Assembly: GCA_031380185.1 (NCBI GenBank)
Contig: JANNFT010000292.1
Coordinates: forward strand, 1 to 38,055
Length of the DNA stretch: 38,055 nt
Reading direction: 5' to 3'
DNA from: Pseudomonadota bacterium
GTDB lineage: Bacteria > Pseudomonadota > Gammaproteobacteria > Burkholderiales > JALYOK01
Made by a program: the position numbers and the translations under genes. The notes below the pieces were generated by a model. It searched no databases, was not told where the DNA came from, and was given only the letters and a program-made list of their open reading frames with translations. Position 1 is the first letter of the stretch; each line of letters starts with the position of its first letter. Shown piece after piece: positions 1-8,490 of this stretch.

Positions 1-217
1 GCGCACTGTCGTCTACCGGAACATGGGCCGCCCAGTGACCGTTGCCGGGAAGACTGGTAGCCAACGCTTGCGCCGCCTTTTTGCCGCTGTTGTACGTCAC
101 GACGCATGTTGCGCCAGCCTCGGCGAAATGCCGGCAAATCGCGGAGCCGATCGCGCCGGATCCGCCGACGACGACCGCGACTTGTTTGTTCAAGGTGTGG
201 GTTTGATTGAATATCAA
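1..217 (-). CDS. Short-chain dehydrogenase/reductase (SDR), N-terminal part; runs off the window edge
   Basis: Not in the ORF track. My translation of the minus strand gives LIFNQTHTLNKQVAVVVGGSGAIGSAICRHFAEAGATCVVTYN..., with the SDR GGSGAIG Rossmann motif. The TTG at 217-215 overlaps the vapC stop (TTGA); an alternative TTG lies at 193. Confidence 0.8.
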   Translation of the reverse strand, partial: MIFNQTHTLNKQVAVVVGGSGAIGSAICRHFAEAGATCVVTYNSGKKAAQALATSLPGNGHWAAHVPVDDSA

Positions 218-633
218 GTAAATTTTCTTACGCCGGCTTTCTTTGCGGCCTTCTGCAAATCTTCATCGAGCGTGGCTAGCGATAGGCCTAATCGTAAGGC
301 TAATTCGAGATAAGAAGCATCGTAAGCGGATAGCTTGTATCGTCGCGCCAGTTGCAATGTGTCGGACAGCGCGTGCGCGAATGTGGCCGCGTCCACTTCA
401 ATATCTACGCCTTCCAGCATCTCAAGAAATACCCCTCTTCGCGCTTTGGTCACCAAGGCTCTGGCTTCCGCCCTGGTAATGACGTTTGCCACCTCTAATC
501 CCTATGTCACGGGTACAAATGCGTTGGCATCTTTCATCGCATCAAGCACCTTGCCGGCATAGGCGAGTTCTTGTGGCTTGCCATCACCAAAAAACCAACG
601 CATGGTCACCGAGTTATCAAGTACGAAGCTCAC
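214..633 (-). pseudogene. vapC: VapC/PIN-domain toxin interrupted by an in-frame TAG at 504-502
   Basis: From GTG 633 the frame reads VSFVLDNSVTMRWFF...FVPVT*GLEVANV...LSAYDASYLELA...LATLDEDL. PIN acidic residues lie on both sides of the stop, which sits where a Trp is usual (VPxxWxxEV). The start overlaps the antitoxin stop (GTGA). Confidence 0.85.
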
Positions 634-872
634 GCACGCCCCTCCTCGATGAGTTCCTTGATGTTTACACGACGCACTGGATCGGCCAGCATGAATGCCT
701 TAAGTTTTTCTGCTGCGGCGACTTTGTCCTTCACCTTCGCACCCGCGCTAGGCACTAGATCCGCAATCGCTTGCCCGCGATCGGTGATAGTAAAGCTCTT
801 GCCGGCTTTGACCTGCCGCAGCAATTCAGGCAGCTTTGTTTTCGCTTCGTACGAACCGATTTCAATCTTCAT
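630..872 (-). CDS. Phd/YefM-family antitoxin
   Basis: MKIEIGSYEAKTKLPELLRQVKAGKSFTITDRGQAIADLVP is a typical Phd N-terminus. ATG 872 follows GGGGAAGG, so it is preferred over the longer 917 start. Confidence 0.9.
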   Translation of the reverse strand: MKIEIGSYEAKTKLPELLRQVKAGKSFTITDRGQAIADLVPSAGAKVKDKVAAAEKLKAFMLADPVRRVNIKELIEEGRA

Positions 873-1059
873 AACCTTCCCCTGCAATGCGACTCTAATG
901 CAGACTAGGCCGATCATAGCTGCGATCGGGTGCGCATCGTGTTGGTTACGACCAATTGTGCATCGATCGCACCCGCCTTACTAATGTTGCGATTTTCCGT
1001 CCGTCGCAGCCAAAACGTGCCCGTGTAGCGGCCACTAGCCCGACTTATGTCATATTTGC

Positions 1060-1521
1060 CTACTGCGCGACTGGCAAACGCGATATATGCTGATCGATGA
1101 TTTGCCAGCGTCCATCAATCTTTTTCCAGACCGTGTTACCGCGAGTATCGTACGTCTTCGGCTCACCCTTCTCGTTAGTTGTGCTGATCACCGCATAGGC
1201 ATTCTGCAGCACCAGATCGTCACCGTAGGCGCGCGCCACCGGCTGGCGCACGACGAAGTTGCGCTTCGGATACATCTGAAACAATTGCGTGAAGTACGCC
1301 CGAATTGCGTCCTTGCCTTCAATGCGAAATGGCGAAAACGACGATAGCAGTACGGCGTTATCGGCAAACGCCGCTGCGAAGTTTTCAGCGTTGCCCTGCT
1401 GAAAAGCCTGCTGGCGCGGCGCGGCGATCTGGGCAACTTCCTCGATGGGTCCAGCCCATACCGGGGTGGCAAATAACGTAACAATGGAAGTGAGAAGAAT
1501 TGCCAGGCAAGCTTTGATTTC
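1060..1521 (-). pseudogene. Exported SnoaL-like/NTF2-fold (DUF4440-like) protein lacking its start codon
   Basis: The open frame reads EIKACLAILLTSIVTLFATPVWAGPIEEVAQ...FADNAVL...IEGKDAIRAYF...VWKKIDGRWQIIDQHIS, i.e. a signal peptide plus SnoaL motifs. An in-frame TAA lies at 1524-1522 and there is no ATG/GTG/TTG before the signal peptide. Confidence 0.75.
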
Positions 1522-1920
1522 TTAGGTTTCTCGATCAGGATGAATCGAGGGCTGCGCACCGGCAAACCGTATCCCCATGTTTGCCCGTCGGACAAGTCGC
1601 TGATGAAGATCAAGACCAAGCTGACGGTGCTCACGGGGCGGGAATTGACCCCGATCGCTCTGGAGGCGATTGTGGGAAACGTGAACCGCAGCCTCAGCGG
1701 CTGGGCGAACTACTTCCGCTATCGGAATTCGAACCAGGTCATGGAAAAGGTCAAGACTCATGCGGAACAGCGCCTGCGCGGGCACTTGATGCGGCGTCAT
1801 AAGGTGAAAAACAGCGGTATCGGCGAAGGCCGTTTCCCGAGTGTGGATCTATACCGGCGTTATGGGCTATACAAGGTTCCAACAGCAGCGGGCTGGCGCT
1901 CAGCGCATGCCTCGACATGA
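1504..1920 (+). pseudogene. ltrA: Remnant of the intron-encoded reverse transcriptase/maturase (no YADD, no endonuclease domain)
   Basis: The FDFLGF and GWxNYF motifs are present, RT blocks 0-6 are absent, and the ORF stops right after domain X. Confidence 0.88.
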
Positions 1921-2003
1921 AGAACATCGGAAAGCCGTGTGCGGGAAAACTGCATGCACGGTTTGATGAGGGAGGGCAGGCGAGAGCCTGTTCTCTACTC
2001 TAC
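1504..2003 (+). mobile_element. 5'-truncated group II intron (end of RT + maturase X domain + RNA domains V and VI)
   Basis: The frame QASFDFLGFSIR (RT block 7) ...VNRSLSGWANYFRY (domain X) ends at 1920. It is followed by DV GAAAGCCGTGTGCGGGAAAACTGCATGCACGGTTTGATGAGGG (AGC triad), the DVI hairpin GGGCAGGCGAGAGCCTGTTC and an end ...CTACTCTAC at 2003. The left boundary is approximate. Confidence 0.92.
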
Positions 2004-2004
2004 C

Positions 2005-2104
2005 TATGCTGTTCGGCTAAGCGCGTTCGCCCTGAGCCTGTCGAAGGGTGAATGGGCTTCCATCGTTCGACAAGCTCTGCCCGAACGGCTAACTGAACTG
2101 TATT
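2005..2104. repeat. REP/MITE-like nested inverted repeat
   Basis: Inner arms CGTTCGCCCTGAGCCTGTCGAA (2024-2045) and TTCGACAAGCTCTGCCCGAACG (2066-2087) are complementary at 18 of 22 positions. Degenerate outer arms lie at 2005-2020 and 2089-2104. Confidence 0.75.
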
Positions 2105-2288
2105 GAGACCTTACCCCTTTTCTCGATGCCGGTTGGATCTGCAAAAAAGTCTACAATTTGACCATGCGGCCAGGTATCTTGGGCCGTGTTTCATTTTAGC
2201 GACTGCCGTAACTGCTGCGATTCAATAAGTTTCGTTTCGTGGTTTTTACGACCGAACAACCGAAAAAATATGATCTTAATGAACTGCA

Positions 2289-3848
2289 ATGTTATTTAAT
2301 TCGTTGGAATTTATTTTTCTATTTCTGCCTGCAACCTTGCTTGGCTTTTTTTTGCTAGGTCGTTGGCGGCAGGATCTGGCGGCGGCATGGCTGGCGCTCG
2401 CATCACTCGCGTTCTATGCGTGGTGGAGCCCTACCTATGTTTTACTTCTGCTCGGATCTATCGCATTCAATTATTTTTTTGGTTTACGCATCGCGCACGC
2501 AACGAGCCATCGGCACACCTGGTTGATTGTTGCCATTGCGGCTAATCTGGTTGCGCTTTGTTACTTTAAATACGCGAATTTTTTCGTCGACAATGTAGAC
2601 GCGCTGCTGGGCCTGGATTGGCAGATTGCCGCCGTTATATTGCCGCTCGGTATTTCCTTTTTCACGTTTACTCAAATTGCGTTTCTCGCGGACACGTATC
2701 AAGGTAAGGCGAAGGAATACAACCCGATCCACTACGTGTTGTTTGTGACCTATTTCCCCCACTTAATCGCCGGCCCGGTATTGCACCATAAACAAATGAT
2801 GCCGCAATTCGGCTGGCCGCAGACCTATAGCGTTAGCAGCACAAACATCGCTATCGGCCTAACGATTTTTGCGATCGGCCTCTTTAAGAAAGTCGTTTTG
2901 GCCGATGGTATCGCTGTCTATGTCTCACCGGTTTTCAGCGCCGCGGAACACGGCAAAACTCTCACCATTGTCGAGGCTTGGGGCGGTGCATTGACTTATA
3001 CGTTTCAACTTTACTTTGATTTTTCCGGCTACTCCGATATGGCTATCGGCCTGTCGCGTTTGTTCAACATCAAACTGCCATTGAACTTCGACTCACCCTA
3101 CAAGGCCGCCAATATCATTGATTTTTGGCGTCGTTGGCATATGACGTTGTCACAGTTCTTGCGCGACTACCTCTATATTGCGCTGGGGGGAAATCGCAAT
3201 GGCGTCGTTCGCCGCTACATCAATCTGGCGCTAACAATGTTGTTGGGCGGACTATGGCATGGCGCCGGATGGACCTTTGTCATTTGGGGTGGCTTACACG
3301 GCGTTTATCTGATCATCAATCACCTTTGGCGAGGATTGCGGCAAAAATATTGGGGCGATGCCAAACCAAGTCGGCTGGGGTGTTACGCCAGCCTTGGTCT
3401 GACGTTTGTCGCCGTCGTGGTCGGTTGGGTATTTTTTCGATCGGCGAATTTTTCGACGGCATTGTCGATAGTTAAATCCATGTTTGGCGGCAACGGCATC
3501 ATGTTGCCGACTGCATTGGGCGCCGGTCTGGGCAATGAGTTGCAATCTAACTGCGCCGCATGGGGTATAAGCTTCGGTGATGTCGGCAGCCTATTTAAGC
3601 GACCGGTCGAGGCGTTTTGGATCGCGGGTTCGCTGGCCTTTGTTTGGCTGCTGCCAAATACGCAAGAAATAATGCGCGACTATGAGCCAGCGTTAGCGAG
3701 CGGTTTGGAGAGATCCAAGCGTCCGCAGTGGTGGGAAATGCTGACCTGGAAGCCTCACCAATATTGGGCCCTGGTAACGGCAATGACGTTGGCGTGGGGC
3801 ATATTGGGCATTTCCCGCGTCAGTGAATTTCTTTATTTTCAGTTTTAA
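2289..3848 (+). CDS. MBOAT family O-acyltransferase (AlgI/PatA/DltB-like)
   Basis: MLFNS start, LPLGISFFTF, QLYFDFSGYSDMAIG, DFWRRWHMTLS and GLWHGA (catalytic His) motifs, and an FLYFQF end. Confidence 0.95.
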   Translation: MLFNSLEFIFLFLPATLLGFFLLGRWRQDLAAAWLALASLAFYAWWSPTYVLLLLGSIAFNYFFGLRIAHATSHRHTWLIVAIAANLVALCYFKYANFFVDNVDALLGLDWQIAAVILPLGISFFTFTQIAFLADTYQGKAKEYNPIHYVLFVTYFPHLIAGPVLHHKQMMPQFGWPQTYSVSSTNIAIGLTIFAIGLFKKVVLADGIAVYVSPVFSAAEHGKTLTIVEAWGGALTYTFQLYFDFSGYSDMAIGLSRLFNIKLPLNFDSPYKAANIIDFWRRWHMTLSQFLRDYLYIALGGNRNGVVRRYINLALTMLLGGLWHGAGWTFVIWGGLHGVYLIINHLWRGLRQKYWGDAKPSRLGCYASLGLTFVAVVVGWVFFRSANFSTALSIVKSMFGGNGIMLPTALGAGLGNELQSNCAAWGISFGDVGSLFKRPVEAFWIAGSLAFVWLLPNTQEIMRDYEPALASGLERSKRPQWWEMLTWKPHQYWALVTAMTLAWGILGISRVSEFLYFQF

Positions 3849-3853
3849 TCAGC

Positions 3854-5065
3854 GTGCATACTTACCTCAAAACTTTACTCGCTTGTGTGCTATTGCTATT
3901 GCTGGCGGTTGCGGCAATTAACTTCGCAGTGAACCCGTTCGCGATTTTTCCGTCACCGGATATCGCCGGCGTGAATGCACGCAAGACGGAGTTCTTTAAG
4001 CATATTCGTTTGGTAAAAGCCTATGCGTTGCGCCGCATGCGCCCTGATGTGTTGCTGCTCGGGAATTCTCGGGTGGACATGGCTTTAGATCCCAGGCATA
4101 CGGCGTTACGGCGAATTTCGGACAAGGTCCACAACGCCGCGCTAACGAGCGGTACGCTGTACGAATCGCTGCGTTACCTGCAGCATGCGCATCGCTTGAA
4201 CCCGGTGAAGCTGGCCGTATTGGGGCTCGATAAAGGCATGTTCGAATCGCTGGCGCAAGCGGATTTTGACGAGACTATTTTGGCAACGACGTTGGACAGT
4301 CAACCCAATACCCTCCAGGCACGTCATCTTTTTCGAACGGCGCTATCTCTAGACACGTTGGCGGCGTCGTGGGCAACGTTGCGCAGACAGCGGGAAAACT
4401 CTGTTCGTGAGTTTCGATCTGATGGCATGCGCTTAACTGAAAATGCCGCTCATGCGATTGAACGGGAAGGCGGCTATCGTGCGGTATTCGGTAAGACCTT
4501 GATCCGCGCGAGCGAAGCCGACAATGAGGCAGTTCTCGCGATGGAACGTCAGCGCATGTTGGTTTATTTCCGCCGTTTATTGGACTTTTGCCGCGCTGAA
4601 AAAATCGCGCTAAAACTCTTCATTCACCCGATTCATGCCTGGACCGTGGAGAATTATTCTGAACTCGGGCAACATCTGGGTTTTGAACGCTGGAAACGCG
4701 ATCTTGTGAAAATACTTGCTGAAGAAGCAGGGGCGAATCATCCGGTATTTTCACTTTGGGATTTCAGCGGATACAATTCGGTGACGACCGAAGTTGTGCC
4801 GACGCGAAAAGATCGCTCGACCCGCATGCGCTATTATTGGGAGCCACTGCATTACACGCAACTTACGGGCGACATGATTCTGGACCGAATATTTGAGGCG
4901 CCAGATCTGAACCGTCCATTACCGATCGACTTCGGCATCTTGCTGTCAAAACAAAATATCGACGACGTCATTGCGAAATCCCGCTTAGATCAGCAACGTT
5001 ATCGCGCCGATTTTGCGAACGACGTTTTGGAGATTAAGCGCTTAGTAACAGGCAATTCGAATTAA
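3854..5065 (+). CDS. Membrane-anchored SGNH-like partner of the MBOAT
   Basis: N-terminal hydrophobic anchor, LLLGNSR (block I-like Ser) and YYWEPLHY ([D/E]xxH-like). It starts 5 bp after the MBOAT stop. Confidence 0.65.
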   Translation: MHTYLKTLLACVLLLLLAVAAINFAVNPFAIFPSPDIAGVNARKTEFFKHIRLVKAYALRRMRPDVLLLGNSRVDMALDPRHTALRRISDKVHNAALTSGTLYESLRYLQHAHRLNPVKLAVLGLDKGMFESLAQADFDETILATTLDSQPNTLQARHLFRTALSLDTLAASWATLRRQRENSVREFRSDGMRLTENAAHAIEREGGYRAVFGKTLIRASEADNEAVLAMERQRMLVYFRRLLDFCRAEKIALKLFIHPIHAWTVENYSELGQHLGFERWKRDLVKILAEEAGANHPVFSLWDFSGYNSVTTEVVPTRKDRSTRMRYYWEPLHYTQLTGDMILDRIFEAPDLNRPLPIDFGILLSKQNIDDVIAKSRLDQQRYRADFANDVLEIKRLVTGNSN

Positions 5066-5129
5066 CCTAAGCCGCCACGAGCCGCATGGCCCTAGGCCAA
5101 TGGTAGGTCAGCCGCCCACCCGGTCCGCG

Positions 5130-5714
5130 CTATGGAACTGAGATTCCGGCGCGAATTAACATCGTAGTCAACTCAATCAGCGGCAAGCCAATTAACGCAT
5201 TGGGATCGTCGCCGCGGATGTATTCAATCAACGCGATGCCGAGTCCTTCACTTTTTGCGCTGCCGGCGCAATCGTAGGGCGTTTCGGCAAGGAGATAACG
5301 CTCGATTTGTTCTGGCGCGAGGCGGCGAAACTTGACTTCGTTATAGGCAATTTTGCTTTGAATTTCGTTGGCGCCGCTATCCAATAAACACAGCGCAGTG
5401 TGGAAGAAAACAGTGTTCCCGCTTGCGGCTGTCAGTTGCTTGATTGCGTTGGCATGATTGCCCGGTTTGCCGATCGCATGGCCATCTAGAACAGCGACTT
5501 GGTCGGAGCCGATAATGAGGGCGTCCGGAAAGCGGGCGGCGAGGGCGCGGGCTTTTAGCTCCGCTAAGCGATGCGCGGTTTGCGGTGGTGATTCATCGAG
5601 CCAAGGCGTTTCATCGATATCAGGGCTGGCAGTGGTGAAATTCAGTCTGAGCCGCAGCAGCAGTTGTTGCCGGTAAATTGATGCGGATGCGAGGATTAAA
5701 GGTTTGTTTTTCAA
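5130..5714 (-). CDS. maf: Maf-family nucleoside triphosphate pyrophosphatase (YceF type)
   Basis: LILASASIYRQQLL, IIGSDQV, GKPG and CAGSAKSEGLG motifs; divergent from yceD as in the conserved locus. Confidence 0.93.
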   Translation of the reverse strand: MKNKPLILASASIYRQQLLLRLRLNFTTASPDIDETPWLDESPPQTAHRLAELKARALAARFPDALIIGSDQVAVLDGHAIGKPGNHANAIKQLTAASGNTVFFHTALCLLDSGANEIQSKIAYNEVKFRRLAPEQIERYLLAETPYDCAGSAKSEGLGIALIEYIRGDDPNALIGLPLIELTTMLIRAGISVP

Positions 5715-5726
5715 TGCAAAAATCCT

Positions 5727-5762
5727 TTGACAGCGCGTCTGGTAAATACTATCATGCGCGCC
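5727..5762 (+). promoter_or_regulatory. Sigma70 promoter of the yceD-rpmF-fab operon with a GC-rich discriminator
   Basis: TTGACA (5727-5732), 17-nt spacer, TATCAT (5750-5755), then GCGCGCC. Confidence 0.8.
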
Positions 5763-5764
5763 TT

Positions 5765-6253
5765 ATGTCGAACGAAATATTCATTGATAGTATCTCGTTC
5801 GCCAAGAAAAGCGAATCACTTCAGGGTAAAATAGCAGTCGCCCGTCTTGAGCGCGCGATGGAGTCTCTTGCATCGGCTGCCGGAGAGCTTAATTTTCGTC
5901 TAATCGGCGGTCTAGATTCGCGGCGCCGACCCAATCTAGTTTTGTCGATTTCGGGGCCGGTTGCGTTAACCTGCCAGCGTTGTCTGGTAGAGTTCCAACA
6001 TCATTTGGATCTCGAAAGCCGCTTGATATTGGTCGAGAATGAAGCACAGTTGCCCGATCTGGAAGACGAAGACCCGGACGTGGATGTGGTCGTTGCGAGC
6101 CGCAAGACGAATGTCCTCGAAATGATTGAGGACGAAATAATTTTAGGCTTACCGTTGGCGCCAAGACATGATGTCGAGTGTGTTGCGGTGCGGGTTGTAG
6201 ATGACGCAGAAGAATTGGGCCAGCCATTCTCAAGATTAGGTAAGCCGCCTTAA
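5765..6253 (+). CDS. yceD: YceD/DUF177 23S rRNA accumulation protein
   Basis: CQRCL and IEDEIILGLPLAPRH motifs; lies upstream of rpmF. ATG 5765 is chosen because the longer 5678 start overlaps maf and the promoter. Confidence 0.9.
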   Translation: MSNEIFIDSISFAKKSESLQGKIAVARLERAMESLASAAGELNFRLIGGLDSRRRPNLVLSISGPVALTCQRCLVEFQHHLDLESRLILVENEAQLPDLEDEDPDVDVVVASRKTNVLEMIEDEIILGLPLAPRHDVECVAVRVVDDAEELGQPFSRLGKPP

Positions 6254-6288
6254 AGTTTGATTGAAATTGTGATTGAAGGAGTAACACC

Positions 6289-6468
6289 ATGGCAGTTCAG
6301 CAAAACAAAAAATCGCCGTCGAAACGCGGTATGCACCGATCCCACGATTTTTTGACCAATCCCCCGTTGGCCGTCGAGCCGACCACCGGCGAAGTGCATT
6401 TGCGCCACCATGTCAGCCCGAATGGATTTTATCGCGGCAAGAAAGTCGTCCCCAGCAAGGGCGAATAA
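6289..6468 (+). CDS. rpmF: 50S ribosomal protein L32
   Basis: Below the ORF-track cutoff. It translates as [59 protein letters not shown] and has an AAGGAG RBS. Confidence 0.97.
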   Translation: MAVQQNKKSPSKRGMHRSHDFLTNPPLAVEPTTGEVHLRHHVSPNGFYRGKKVVPSKGE

Positions 6469-6511
6469 TTGAATTCGGTTAAATTTCCCAGATTCGTTTG
6501 ACGATGCGTCT

Positions 6512-7528
6512 GTGACGATAACGGTCGCCATCGATGCGATGGGCGGTGATCATGGTGTGCCGGTCACCGTTGCGGCTGCGTTATCGTACTTAAAACACAC
6601 GATAAATACCCGGATTATCCTGGTGGGTGACCGAGCGGCAATTGAAACGGCGCTGGCTATTACCAAGAATCGCGACGCAGAGCGTTTGCTGGTACAAGGT
6701 GCGACTGAGGTTGTGACCATGGATGAATCGCCCGCGCTGGCGTTGCGGAAAAAGAAAGATTCGTCGATGCGCGTCTCGGTTAACTTAGTCAAAGAGGGAC
6801 GCGCCGACGCTTGCGTCTCGGCCGGGAATACCGGTGCGCTGATGGCGATTTCGAGCTTTGTCCTCAAAACCTTGCCAGGCATTGAGCGCCCGGCGATCGC
6901 CGCGACCTTACCAACTTATACGGGTCAAACGTTGGTATTGGATTTAGGCGCCAATGTGAATTGTTCGGCGCAACAGTTGCTGCAGTTTGGCGTGATGGGC
7001 GCAATGCTCGCGACGGCCGTCGACGGCAAAGAACGGCCGACGATCGGATTGCTCAATATCGGCGAAGAAGCAATCAAGGGCAATGAGGTGGTGAAGGAAG
7101 CCGCCGATTTGCTGCGTGCGAGCCATTTGAATTTTCATGGCAATGTCGAAGGTGACGACATATTCAAAGGCACCGTCGATGTCGTCGTTTGTGATGGCTT
7201 CACCGGCAATGTTTTGCTGAAATCCACCGAAGGCTTAGCGCGCATCATGGGAACTTTCCTGCGCGAGGAATTTAGCCGCAATATCTTCACCAAGCTTTCC
7301 AGCATCGTCGCCATTCCCGTCATCAATGCCTTTCGCCGCCGCGTCGATCCGCGCCGCTACAATGGCGCAACGTTGGTCGGATTGCGCGGCATCGTCGTGA
7401 AAAGCCACGGATCGGCCGATATGTTTGCGTTCGAGACCGCCATTGAACGCGCCGCCGCGGAAGTGAAAAACGGTGTGCTAAAACGCATCGAAGAAATGAT
7501 GGCGACGCAACAGATTAACGCCGCATGA
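6512..7528 (+). CDS. plsX: Phosphate acyltransferase PlsX
   Basis: [25 protein letters not shown] and VKSHGS motifs. Confidence 0.97.
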   Translation: MTITVAIDAMGGDHGVPVTVAAALSYLKHTINTRIILVGDRAAIETALAITKNRDAERLLVQGATEVVTMDESPALALRKKKDSSMRVSVNLVKEGRADACVSAGNTGALMAISSFVLKTLPGIERPAIAATLPTYTGQTLVLDLGANVNCSAQQLLQFGVMGAMLATAVDGKERPTIGLLNIGEEAIKGNEVVKEAADLLRASHLNFHGNVEGDDIFKGTVDVVVCDGFTGNVLLKSTEGLARIMGTFLREEFSRNIFTKLSSIVAIPVINAFRRRVDPRRYNGATLVGLRGIVVKSHGSADMFAFETAIERAAAEVKNGVLKRIEEMMATQQINAA

Positions 7529-8484
7529 GCTTTTCCCGTATCATCGGAACCGGTTCGTATCTGCCCGAGAAAAAGCTATCTAATCGCGATCTTGAATCCA
7601 TGGTCGATACCTCCGACGAATGGATTTACACACGCACCGGCATTCGCAATCGGCACATCGCCGCCGACGCCGAGGTCACCAGCGACCTCGCGCTTAAAGC
7701 AAGTCAACGCGCCATCGAGGCCGCGAAAATTAGTCCGAACGAGATCGACCTTATTATCGTTGCGACCTCGACGCCGGACATGATTTTTCCCAGCACCGCG
7801 TGTTTATTGCAAGCGAAGCTGGGCATCAAGGGCGGCGCGGCATTCGACCTGCAAGCAGTGTGCACCGGATTTATTTACGCGCTTGCGACGGCCGATAGTT
7901 TTATTCGGTCTGGACAACATCGTTGTGCGCTGATCGTTGGCGCCGAGATTTTTTCGCGAATTTTGGACTGGAATGATCGCGCAACGTGCGTGCTGTTCGG
8001 CGATGGCGCCGGCGCCGTGGTGCTTAAGGCAAGCGCTACGCCGGGCGTGCTGTCCAGCCATCTTCACGCTGACGGTTCTTATGCCAATATTCTTTGTACG
8101 CCCGGAAGCATAAAGAACGGGTTGGTGGCCGGTGAGCCGTTTTTGAAGATGGAAGGCAATAGCGTTTTCAAACTCGCGGTAAACGTTCTAGATGACGTCG
8201 GCCGGGAAGCACTTAAAGCCAATGATCTTAGCATCGATGATATCGATTGGTTCATTGCACACCAGGCGAACAGCCGCATCATCTTCGCAACCGCGAAGAA
8301 ACTTGGTTTGCCGCTGGATCGCGTCATCGTCACCGTTGAACAGCACGGCAATACGTCGGCTGCGTCAATTCCGCTGGCGCTTGACGTCGCGGTAGACGAT
8401 GGGCGAATTAAACCCGGCCAATACGTTTTGCTCGAAGGTGTCGGCGGCGGCTTCACCTGGGGCTCCGTGTTGCTAAAAATGTGA
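7525..8484 (+). CDS. fabH: Beta-ketoacyl-ACP synthase III
   Basis: AVCTGF (Cys), HQAN and GNTSAAS motifs. Confidence 0.97.
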   Translation: MSFSRIIGTGSYLPEKKLSNRDLESMVDTSDEWIYTRTGIRNRHIAADAEVTSDLALKASQRAIEAAKISPNEIDLIIVATSTPDMIFPSTACLLQAKLGIKGGAAFDLQAVCTGFIYALATADSFIRSGQHRCALIVGAEIFSRILDWNDRATCVLFGDGAGAVVLKASATPGVLSSHLHADGSYANILCTPGSIKNGLVAGEPFLKMEGNSVFKLAVNVLDDVGREALKANDLSIDDIDWFIAHQANSRIIFATAKKLGLPLDRVIVTVEQHGNTSAASIPLALDVAVDDGRIKPGQYVLLEGVGGGFTWGSVLLKM

Positions 8485-8490
8485 TGCGAA

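Noticed and set aside
502-504. TAG read-through or recoding in vapC
   Set aside because: TAG is a normal stop in fabG, fabF, tatD and dksA here, and a single G>A from a Trp codon explains it.
1188-1802. ORFs 1188-1634 (-), 1522-1800 (-) and 1581-1802 (+)
   Set aside because: Antisense or off-frame shadows of the intron maturase and the SnoaL-like gene, with no recognisable motifs.
1504-2104. Retron, DGR or other defence-type RT system
   Set aside because: Domain X followed by canonical DV/DVI identifies a group II intron; no YADD, msr/msd or TR/VR pair is visible.
6250-6531. 93-aa minus-strand ORF
   Set aside because: It is the antisense shadow of rpmF.
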